Source: Monocercomonoides exilis PA203 (taxonomy: Eukaryota; Protista; Preaxostyla). From it: 64,000 bases of DNA. Shown piece after piece: positions 47,256-59,500 of the stretch; position 1 is the stretch's first letter; the number at the start of each line of letters is the position of its first letter. Made by a program: the position numbers and the translations under genes. Below the pieces are notes generated by a model. The model was not told where the DNA came from and did no database searches. It worked only from the letters and a program-made list of their open reading frames with translations. Location: the NCBI GenBank assembly GCA_001643675.2, contig LSRY02000004.1:744001-808000 (forward strand). Direction: 5' to 3'.

Positions 47256-50200
47256 TCATGGGCTCAGGGAGTTGAGAAGGCACTCCAAAGGTGAAGGAAA
47301 AGCAGCGTTTGGATCTGGTTGCTGTTCAAACAAGATAAGAGAAACAATTACAAGATTAATAAAAAAAAAAAATTATAATTTTTTTATGAAAATTATAAAT
47401 AATAATTAAATATTCCACATAATTACAAAGCACAACACATTAAACAAAGCAATCGACATTTCTCATTCACTCACTTTTCTTTCTTTCTTTTTTCACTCTC
47501 TCTCCAAAAAAAATATTTCTTTAAAAAAAAAACAAAAAAGCTTAATCAGAACAACTCTTACATACCAACTCAGTAGGAAGCAATTCTTCAATGTTGTCAG
47601 CGCTTCTTCTAACAGCAGCAGCAGATAAGATGTTCTGCAGATGCGTAAACACAGTTCTGCCACTCGCAGGCACCATCTCGTAGAGTTTGGCCATCACATA
47701 GTCCACATCCATCTTCAGCTGGTGGAATGCTTCAGAAGGAAGCATCGAGTCACGGATCTCCTCACGCCATGTCTGTTGAAAAGGAAAAATGTGGGGAAAA
47801 AAATTATGTAATTAAAAAAAATTTTTTTTTATTTTTTGACATGCATGTCAAATTTCAAAATTGAAAGAAGAAAAATAAATGTTAATGAATAAATATATAA
47901 ATAATCATAGTTTCAAATAAGTAAGATGAAAGAAAATAACATACAATTAAGCTTTTAGTAATGATATCCATGAAGAGTGAAAGGGAATCTGCAAATACTG
48001 GCTCAACAACCTGAAAAATTGAACATAATTTTCCATTCATGTCAAATTCATTTTATTTTTCAAGGAAAGAATAACATCATTGCATTTCAATGCGAATGAT
48101 CAGATAAATAATCAATAAAGCATAGAAAATTATACAGGATTAAAATATTAATAATAATAATAAAACAAACATCTTTCTTTTTGTTATTCGACAGCTGTCC
48201 AAACTTCCCAGTTGCCGATGACTGATTCCCCGACGCAGACGAATACATCGCCGAAAGAGAAGCCGATGTCTGATGCCTTCCTGTTGCCAACCCTGTATGA
48301 GAAGAGCCAAATCGCTCTCCTCCACCCTGCATGTGCTGCCCTCCACTCATTGACTGCGACTGCGACTGTGTTTGTGTCTGGTCTGGGATCGGTGCAAACA
48401 GCGAGCTCACCTCTGCCCACACCCTCTTCGCCTCAAAACAGAACAGCGCTGCTGTGGCTGACGGCTCGCTGATCAGCCGGCGCTGCTTCATCTGCAGCTG
48501 CTGCTGAGAGGGAGACCCAACAAGCTGATTTCTCAATGGCTCTGGTCGCATCTGGTTATCGTCACCTGACTCGCTCTTCCTCTGGCGTCTGTGCATCGCT
48601 CCTTGTCCTTCTCCTTCTGAAGCACTGCCTCTTCTTCCTCTTCCTTCGTCTGCCTCATCACTCTCCCATCCCAAAAGCTCGCTCTCATCTTCGCTCTCAT
48701 CCACCTCCAGTTCGCTTTCCTCGCCTTCAGCATCGTCATTTCCCATTCGCACCAAGTCCCTCACATTCTCCTTCACCACATTTGCCATTCGCAGCACATT
48801 CAGCGCAGAGTAGCGTGTGTGTATCACATTCACTGCAAACAGACTCTCCTTCTTCATCATCGCCATCTGCAGCGTCGCTGTCTCAATCGCTGCACTCAGC
48901 ATCGACCCTTCCACATCCCTCTGCCTTCCTCCTCCTCCTCCTCCGCTGCTTCCACTCCCGCCAAACCCTCCTCTCCCTCTCCTCCTGCTGCCCATCGGGC
49001 TCTGCTGTGCCATTGGGCTGCCATCGCCGTATGCCAGCACAATTGTCTGGAGCGTGTCTTCAATCAGCGCAGGGAAGTGGGTCAGGAGCGTCGCCAGGCA
49101 CAGCAGAGAGGCCGGGCGGAGGTCGCAGCTGGTTGTCTGGAAACACTCGTCAATGCGACTGATGAAAGCACCGAGTTGGTCAACTTCGGGTGGGAACGTG
49201 TGGATGGATGCTTGGATAACTGAGGCGGTCTTATTTGAAGAAGAAGATGTGGAGGAATGTAATGGAGATAGTGATGAAGAAGAAGAAGATGATGATGATG
49301 ATGATGATAAAACTGATAGACTTGCAGTTGATGAAATGTTCAAGTCGTGTGTGAGAGGCATCAGAGACTTAGTCAGTTTCCTCTTTTGAAGCTCCAGTTG
49401 CTCACTTTCAGTTGTCTCGGGTTTCTTTTCCTGAGAAGACGAAGACGAAGATGAAGATGTCACATTTCCTCCTCCACTTCCTCCTTCTTTCCCTTTTCCA
49501 AGCAAAGCTAATCGAACATCCCGTGCTGTTGAGCCGCTTCTCTCTCGCGTTCTTGAAACTTCATCAAACCCGCATCCTCCATTCGAAAAGGCTGAAACAG
49601 AAGAAGAAGGGGAAGAAGAAGAAGGGGAAGTTGGTAAAGCAAGTGAAGAAGAAGGATCAGGAAGCACAGACAAAAACGATGAGCGTCTTAATGAAGATGC
49701 CACAGTCCAGCCGTTGATTGCCTCAGAAAGGCGGCTAAGCAGCGAATGAAGAGAAGTTGGAACAGAAACAGAAACAGAAGAAGATGATGATGATAAATTT
49801 GAAGTAGAATTTGAAGAAGATGATGATGCATCAGCTCCATCATTCTGAGCCTGCCCCACGTGGAAATGCCTTCTTCTCACTCTCCTCTGCCTGCCAAACA
49901 GGAGCGTTTCATCGACTGCCCAGCAGCTGCTGAGCAAATATAGTTCAGCGCCTTCTGTTCCGAGCGTCCTCACTTTTGCCGCAGAGACAGCGGGTGTCAG
50001 AGGAAAACGGTCCTGCAACTCGGTTGGGAACTGCTTGGGCTTTCTCCGGCGGCGCTGTTGGAGCAGAGAAGAGGAGGAAGAGGATGATAAAGACAATGAA
50101 GAGGAAGAGGAAGAGGAAGAAGAAGATGATGATGATTGCATCTGAGCTGCAATATCATCCAGCCTCTTCTGCTCTCTCTCTTCTCTCTCGCTTTTCTCCT

Positions 50201-53200
50201 GCTCGCAGTTCCACCCAACAATCCTGCGGAGGTCAGACGAGGTGAGGGCGAAGTGGATGATGCCGTCGAAGAACATAAAGAGCGAGTTGAACAGGCACAC
50301 ACGGAACAGCTCGGCCTGGTCGGCGCCCATCATGTGGTGGTCAGAGAGAACGAGGGGGCACATCTGGGTGAGAAGAGTGGAGAGAGAGGAAGAGATGGCT
50401 GAAAGAGCACAGGTGATTGGATGTGAAGGAGAGGAAAGAGGAGGGAATGAAACATGTGATGTGGAAGGGAGTGCAGATGATGGTGAAATAATTGAAGAAG
50501 AAGGAGAAGACTGGGAAAGCTGAGAAGAAGGTGAGAAAGCACGGCCTGTGGAATACCCATCAGCAGCATCGGCAGGCTGTGCCGTTGAGAATGACTCGAA
50601 AGCCGGCTGTGAGAAAAGAGAAAAATCTGTTTTCCAAATCGAATCAGTCAGATCGTCCTCGTTCATTCCATCGCTGTCATCGTCTTCCACATTCACATCC
50701 ATTTTGCTATCAGCAGCAACACCTCCCTTGCTCCCTCCTTCTTTCTTCATCCTCTTCACTCTCCTCCTTAGCCCTGCCCCACACAGCTCCTTCGGCTTCG
50801 TCACGAACCCTATCCACCTTCTCCTCTGCCTGTTTCCTCTCTTCGCCTCTGCAGACAGTGGCGCAGGCAAGTCCCCTTCAACCGCTGCACTGAGGCCATT
50901 GATCAATCTCATCGTGGCCACTTTCAGCCTCTCAAACGAGTTGATAATGTGAGTCCTCTGGAGTGACTGCAGTGTGTGCGAGGCGCGCTCTTTAAGAGGC
51001 ACAGACGGTATTTCCTGTGCAAGTGATCGCATATCGTCACAGAAGAAGGTGATCCCTGCGAGGAAGTCGTGTGTTGAGGCAGGCGGGCCTGGATCTCCCT
51101 TTCCTGCACAGCGCATGTGCAAGGGGATGGCTGAGAGAGGAAAAGAGGAAGAAGATGATGATGACGATGATGAAATGGTGTTGTTGTTGTTTGGAGAGGA
51201 CAGATTGATCCCCATCCGAAGCAGCCGTGTCTTCAGCTTCGCAATCTCCTTCTCTTTCATCTCGCGCTGCTCCTTCGCCTCTCTGCTTGGTTTCATCCCA
51301 AGCTCATTTTCTGCCTCCCTCTCTCTCGCCAGCGCTGCCTCCTCTTCTACCATCTGTGCAATGACAATCTCCCACGGCACTTTCGAGTACAGCAGCTGCC
51401 GCTTCACCAGCGCCTCGTAGATCTGATACAGCTCCTTCACAAACTGCGTCAGCTCTCCTTCGTCTCCTGTGCTCCACCGCGCAAATTCCCCTCTTTCTCC
51501 TCTTTCTCCTCTTTCTCTCTTCTCTCCGATTTGCCCCCGCTCACCCAAATACTTCGGCGGAGGCTCAGAACTATCAAAAGCACCACCACTTGCGCTGTTT
51601 CCAGCACTCACATTTTTGGAAATGGCATCCGGAAAAAGTGCTGCGAATTCTCTTGCGAATGCTGCAAGAGACGTCAGGAAAAGAGTATTCAGGCGGAGCG
51701 AGTGTGGCGTGGATGATGCAGCAGCTGTGGCCTGCTGGAGCAGCGCTGCGGTTTCCTGCGGGTTTGCCTGCTGCTGATAAGAAGAAGAACCAGTTGGCAG
51801 CATCCCCTTTGACGTGCTGAGTGCTGGGAGCACCTGTGAAGACAGTGCTGTTTTCAGCGATATCACCATCGGCAGCGGGGAGGTTGACTGGCGGATGCGG
51901 ATTTCTTCTCTGTCTCCTCCCTTTGTAACATCTCCCATCGCATCTCCTTCATTTGCACTGTCCAGCCCTTTCTCTCTGAACTCTGCGGAATTGTCTCTTC
52001 TTTCGGCTTCTCCGCCTCTCTCTCCGCCGATCAGAGCAAAACCATCAACGCTTTTTGCCGTGTTGCTGCTGTCGCCGTCAGCCCCGAATTTCCGCTGCTG
52101 CTCGTTGGACTCCACTTCAACGGCGTCTGACAACCATTCTTCGTCGGCCATCCGGCGAAGGATAGAGATGAGATGAGTGCGCTCACTTTTTATTTTTATT
52201 AAAATAAATATTATTTGTTGAAGTTGTTTTCGTGGAAGTCATTGTAGTCGTAGTAGTCCAATTCAATAAATATGAATGAAGAACATTACACAAAAAATTG
52301 AAATAATGATTAGAAAAGTCATTTATATTATGATTGAATTCTGTATTATCTCTCGAAAAAAAAAAAGCACACTGATTTAAAAATGCTTCCATTAAACGCT
52401 TACTATCTGAACCCAATTGAATTAATAGACTTACATCTGCTGCGGTATCTTCCATGGTTCGAGTATGATCTTCAATTCTCTTCCAAAGAAGAATGCTCAG
52501 GTCTTTTCCAATTTCTTCAGTAACTTTCCACTCGTTTTGGATTGTAGAACTTTCTGGAAATAACTCCTTTGCTCGTTTTGCTTGTGTATAATATTTTACA
52601 ACTTGTTCGTATGCGCCCATGTTCATTGCTGTTTTAATTTTATTTGGAATTTCATGAAGTGTTTTAATCTTTACAGAAATACATATGCACATGAAGCGAT
52701 TTAACAATAACATCCTCATACCTTATGAAGAAGCAAGCTGACTTTTGTAAAACGTTCTAATTTCTCTCTTCTATCTCCTAAATGAATGTCTACCAATCCA
52801 CTTGATACGTGAATTTTCTCAACGCTTTGAGTTAAGGTTTTCATTTGCTTTTCCATGTCTGCAACATGACCTTTCATTTGATGGATTGTTTCTCCTGCAA
52901 CAATAAATTTACTATAATTTTCATAAACTAAATTCTGAAGATTTGAATCTAATCGATTGATTTCTGAATGAAATGCAATAAAAGAAAAAAATTTTTTAAA
53001 TCATCTTTAACCAAAGCAACAAAGTTATGATAAAAGCAATACCATTTTTCATAACAATATCTTTTTTTCTCAATGAAGCAAGTGATGCTGTTTTAACAAA
53101 ACGATGAAAATCCTCATGTGCATCATAAGCAGGCCCGTCAATATTAGTTTTATCCTGTGAAGCCTTTGATTCGTTTTCACTTACTCCAACTCCATAATAT

Positions 53201-53241
53201 GTTTGAAGCAAAGCGCGTAATCGACTTCCACGTTCTGCCAT
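47256..53241 (-). CDS. VPS51: GARP/EARP complex subunit VPS51, 7 exons, with large low-complexity insertions
   Basis: LRALLQTYYG, NIDGPAYD, RLDSNLQNLVYENYSKFIVAGETIHQMK and LHEIPNKIK...YEQVVKYY. C-terminal WREEIR...EAFHQLKMDVDY. Stop TGA at 47258-47256. Confidence 0.92.
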
Positions 53242-53582
53242 AAAAAATAATTACTAACGAAACTCAAGTAAGGGTACTAAATAAAAAAAATATTTATTTA
53301 ATGATTTTATTTGAAATATGAATATATTAATATGTCAATAAATAAATTTTGATACAAATATATTTATATTTATAATTATTATTTGTTTAACAATAACTAT
53401 GATTAATTTATTTTGAATAAAAATTTTCCATTTTAAAAATACTTTATTAAACCTCGGGCCTTTTTTTAATATTGTTTCTTTTGAATTCATTTTTGAAATT
53501 TTTGTTATTTATTTTGTTTTGATTGATAATTTCTATTAATTTTATGCCATAATAAATTATTATTTATGTTGTTGAACAAGCA

Positions 53583-56500
53583 ATGAGTTGCTTTGTTCTT
53601 TATTTCAATTTATTAATTTTCAATATTTTTGATTGTAATGTGGAATGCTCACAATATATGAAAGATGTTTATACAAATGAGCAACTTGATCTCATTTATG
53701 ATTTTTTTGACAAGAAATTATCGACAACGTTCAGTGATCATTACAGAAGCGTCTTCAAAAAGATAACATGGAATGGCGATTACGGAAATGAAGGATTGAA
53801 CGCATGCGGTGGGTCAGTTATTACATCTACCTTGTCTGAGAAATCATTCTTCAATATGAAAAATTCAACTTTTTCACTTCATAACGTTAACGTCTTTCCA
53901 TTGCATTGCAATTATGTTGTTGGATGTAGCGACTCTAGTTCATTTCGATTGAGCAGCTGTCAATTGAAAATTTTCGATTCAAAAATAAAAAATTTTATAA
54001 GAATTAATAGTTCAATTGTGAATTTGAATAACTTTTCATTATCATTTGGAGCACGCTCATTCTTTCCGAATCAGCTTGCGATTGGTGTTGATGATTCATA
54101 TTTATGCACATTGCAAAATTCACTCTCAATTTCATCTTCAATTTTCTCTTCCTTTATATTATCGACTCATGATTTTCTTTCACACAGATGTCTTTCATCT
54201 ATTAATCTACAAAATTCTCTTTTTTATAACATTTCTTTATTGAAATCATCATGCTCCAGCACGGAAGGAGACGTAAAGTTTCCATCGGAACAAAATACAA
54301 TGATCGCAAGCTGTGTCATGGAGAATACTGACAATGGATATGACGGCGGAATAGTTTCTGGAATGAGAGTTTGCAGGGGCACCTTTCGTGCTCGAAACTC
54401 GTCTTTTCTTCTCTCCAGCAGAAGCTCCTGCCAAAGAATATCACATGATAGCTCTGTAGAAACCGATATTGACGGATGCTTGTTTGTTAAGTTAAAAACG
54501 AATGAATTTGGAGGTGCAATTTGTCATAATTCTTCTGGTGATTGTATGGTTAGAAACAGTGAATTTATTGAATGTTATTCAAGTGCAGGAGGAGCATGTC
54601 TTCTACGTTATTCGGGAAATATGACCTTATCAGGATGTAATTTCTCGAATTGTTCGTCAAACGGATGGGCGGGGAGTGTAGATACATATTGCAACAGCAA
54701 AAATTATCATATAAATTGCGATTATTCAAATAGTTCAACTAATTGGGGAGGGGGGTCGGTGGCTCTTATGTATTCTTCTCCTGGAGATTGTATGACTGAA
54801 GTTTCGTTCTCTCACGGGAAATTAAATCAGTCTGATTTGGAGAGTGGTGGAGGTGTTTGGTGCACAAACTCTTTTGCCCTTGTATTTTCCGAATGTTCTT
54901 TCTGTTCATGTTTGTCGGTGAATAGTGTCGGTGGAGCAATGGCTTTTTCTGCTCGTGTTTTTGATTCTTTGTCAACAAAACTTTCTTTTTGCTTTTTCGA
55001 AGGAAATGAAGCAAAAGGAGTTGGAGCAGATATATATGCATCAGAAGAATGGAGCTCAATTTTTGTTAAAGAAAATGTACATATTTGCCGTTCCATTTCA
55101 GTTTCTCAGACTCTCGTTTGGGTTGGTTCTGATGACAGGAGCGACTTATTCATCCGATATTTTTCGCCGATCGAGGTTAACTCCTTTAATGGAATTGACA
55201 ACCCTTTGTGTGGTTGTCAAGACAGAAAATGCAGGACAATTAAATATTCTTTTTCTGTGGCAAATCCATCCGCTTCTCCAAATCACATAAACGTTGCAGC
55301 AGGACAATTCGAAGAAGAAGGAATAAATATTAGCAAATTGGACATTGCAGTAACTGGGAGAATAGACGAAACGACAATCATTTCGAAAGTCTCAAATGTT
55401 TCGCTTTTTTCACTTTCAGAAGGAAAACTCTCATTTGATTCGTTTTCAATCATCCACAGTTCTCAGACTGCTGAATCAGCCTCTCAATCTCTTATTTTTG
55501 TATCGTCGAATGGAATTTTTAACATTAAAAACTGTAAAATATCAACAGATACATCTCAGCAAAACGAATTTTCATCGCCATTTTTAGATATAATCAGAGG
55601 AAGCGTAACAATTGTCAATTGCGAAATTGGATCTGTTGTATTTTTAAATACACCTCTTATTCGTGCATCCGATTCTGCGGAATTGATTCTTACGAATACA
55701 AAGATAATCGCAATTCATAGGAACTTAGGAAATGGAGCAGCTATTGAATCTGAAATGGTGAGCGATGGAATAATCAAGATAAACAATGTTACGTTAAGCG
55801 ATTGCAGATGCTTGAGTGGGAATGGCGGTGGAATTTGCTGTTTGATGAGAAGTGGCAATGTTTTTGACATTGGGAATTCCGCAGCCGCATTATTCAGCTC
55901 ATGTGCTGTTCCCGTTAGTGCAGCGAAAAAAGGAAAGGGCGGTGGAATATTTCTAATTGTCGAAGATAGTGAATGTGATTTTTCTTTAAAAAATTTAACT
56001 TTTTCTAATTGCAGCGCATGGAAGGGAAGAAATTTATTTGTGGACGCACCAACTTTAAAAGATATCATGTATAATTCTTCTATAGGCTTTAGCAGAACTG
56101 GGATGAATGATGAAGATCTTATGGGTTATGAACAAGGATATAGAGATATCCCTGTCCCTTTAATTCCATATCTTAAATCATTTTCTTCTCCTGCATTTGT
56201 AGGTGGAATGAAAGAAAGAGATTTCAACGCCTGTGGCTTTATTGATTATCCATGTTCAACAATTGAAAAGGCAGTGTCAGTCCGTTTTCATAATTCGGCA
56301 AAAAGCCTCATTTTGCGTTCAGGATTTGTGTGGAAAGAAGAGATTGAGCTGAGCGGGTATGATTGGAGCTTTCAGTGCGAGGAAACTGGAGATGAGATCA
56401 TTGTCGCACCTTCAGTTGAGCCAACAAGTCAAGCATTGATTACAGCAAATCAACAAACTCAATTCATCAATGTGATCTTTCTCCTTCCCGAAACATTATC

Positions 56501-59500
56501 ACGCACAACGAAACAATTTATGTGTTGTCAAGGGTTTTCTCTGAGATTGACTTCATGTGAGATAAAGCCAGTAACAGGAATAACTTCTATTGGATTTGTG
56601 CCTTTTACAGCGACAAGTGGAATTATAATCGCCACAAATTTAGTGTGCTCATCATTTTCTTTGGAAAGCCAACCATTACTATCACTTGCTGGAATTAGTG
56701 TTATTGGGGAATTTAATCGTATAACAGTTGAATCAGTTAGCACAACAGCAGAATGTGGATTTTTTGAAGTTAAAAGCGGAAGCACATTGAAGATGAGTAA
56801 TTCTTTGATAACTTCATCAGTAACTCCATCGGCAAATGCCTTTCTTAAAACATCAACGGCAAGCACAATCGAGCTTGTAAACAACACTCTTTCTAATTTT
56901 GAAAGAAACGGTTTCAATGGCGGTTGCTTTGAATGCACCTTAACTGATGGTGCGTTCCTATCTGTGATTGGGGGATCTTTTAATAATTGCAAAATCGTTG
57001 GAGGGAATGGTGGGGCACTGAGCATTAAAATGGATGCTCAAAGTCGCTTTTGTATTGGAAATATATCAACAGCCGAAGACGTTGTCAGTTTTTCATCATG
57101 CTCCGCATCAAAAAAGACTGAGGAAAATACTGGTTTTGGAGGAGGAATATATTTACATGCAGAAGAAAATGCAAAGAATTTTGTTCTCAAGGAAATTTCT
57201 TTCAGCGTGTGCACAGCAGAGAAAGGAAATGATTTATTTGTTTATGGATACAACCTGTCTGCTATAATAAATGAAGATAGTTTTGCGTTTCATCCAACTC
57301 TCACAGACTTTTCAAAATTTGTTGGATTCGAAAAATGTACAACTGATACATCATATTGTATTCCACTTGTGGTGTTTCTATGGAACAACTTCACTTCAAA
57401 TGGTTTTGCAAGCGAATCGGAAGGAGGAGATTTCGGCAAATGCGGATTTTCTGAAGTTCCTTGTAAAACGATTGATCATTTGATATTAACTCGTTTGACG
57501 CCATTTTCTGCAGAACATAATACAATCACAATATTAAGTGAGGCGTCAATTCGCAAGACATCTGACATTTCATTTTCTTCTTCTCCATCTTTTTCGTCAC
57601 TTCCATCACTTATCATCAAAGGCAATTCATGTGGAACGAAATTATCTATTTTTGATGAGAAATTAGTTGACCAATCTTCATTATTGCATTCATCCATTGA
57701 GTTGTCCCTCATGAATCTCACCTTTTCACTTCCACCTTCTTTGAATGAAACAAGATCTTGGCTTGTTTCTTCGAATAAATCACTTTCTTTCTTTAACTGT
57801 TCACTTGAATTGAGAGAAGGAAATGGATTAACTTATTCTCTGATTTTTATTGAAGGAGGAACATTTTTTGCGAGTCAAATGGACATTGGATCCATTTCAT
57901 CTGAAATAGCGATATCAACAACTGCTCCATTGATTGTAATTCAAGTTACTGATTTGGCAAGTTTCATGAGCTGCTCATTTGAAAATGTCAATCATATGCA
58001 AGGTAATGGATCGTGCATTGAAGTTGAAAATCTATTAACCTCTGCAAAACTCATCATTAGCAACTGCACATTTTCAGAATGTTTTGCAACAGCAAAGGAA
58101 GGAGCTGGAGGAGCACTTCTTGGGAGCATTGCAGATGGCGCTTTTGTTGAAGTGAATGATTCATCATTCAATTCATGCAGAGTTACAGATGATGAATCAT
58201 TTGGAAGAAGGTTAGGTGGGGGCATGTATCTTGATTTCATTGGAACAACTTCACGCTTCCAGTTTTGCAACATATCATTTGAATCATGTGTTGCATGGAA
58301 AGGGAAGAATATATTTTTAAGAGCAGATTCTCTGTCAAGTAAAGTGACAAAAAAGACTATGAATTTCACATTTGATGTTGAAACAAGTGAAACACCTGAT
58401 TTAGATGAGCTTAGCGGAGCGGAGAATGGAAATACCAATTATATGATACCTCTCGTTCTTCTCTTGAGGAATTTTTCTGGTTCATGCTTTGTTGGAGGTG
58501 AAAACGGAATTGATGACTTCCTTTGTGGATTTGAAGATTATTCGTGCCAAACAATTTTATATGCAGGAGCATATCGCTTTGGCGCATCTAAAGCGCCAAT
58601 ACGCCTTCTTCCAACATTCTCGTTCAAAGATAGATTAAATCTGAATTCGCAAGCACTTTACATTGATTCTATAAAAGATGAAGCGCAGATACTTGTGGAG
58701 TCTAGTGGAAATGGAGAAGGGAATGCGCTAATTGAAACAAGCATTGAAGTTAACATTTCTGGAATATGCTTTGTACTACCTTCAACTTTTTCACCAAGTA
58801 CAAGAACAGCATTATTCAGTTGCAGCGCATCCTCGCTTTCTTTTTCTGGTTGCTCAATATCTGTTCCATCATTTTCATTGATGTATTCTTTTCTTGTTGC
58901 ATCAAATGGTACAATTATCCAGAATAAACTCAAAATATGCAACACAGCCTTTGAAACAACATCTGGATTTATTTTCAGAGGAGATGGAACAAAAGGATCA
59001 TTCATTCAAATTGACTTCCAAAATGTGACAACAGAAGCAGAAAATGGGTTAATTCGAGTTGATTCTGGTGCTTCTTTGTCTGTAGAAAATTCTCAAATAA
59101 CTGACAGTTCAATGATTTCAAGTGAAGTCATCCGCTCACAACTGACAACCGCAATGCAACTGAAAAATTCTTCATTCAGGAATATTGAAAGAAGAAGCGG
59201 GAATGGCGCATTACTTGTTGGAGCTGTGGGAGGAGGGAGGAAATATTCAATTGCTAACTGTTCGATAGAAAAGAGTTATTGCATCGAAAATGGAAATATA
59301 AAAGGAGGAGGAATTGTTGCGGAGGTGAAGAGGGATGGAGAATGGGAATTTGAGAAGAATAACGTGAAGGACTGCACAGTCGATGGATTGCACGGTTTTG
59401 GAGGAGGAATGTATCTTCGATTTGCAGAAGCGTCAGTGAAGTATTCAATGAAAAACAATCATTTTGAGTCGAACAATGCGAAGCTTGGGAAAGATGTGTA

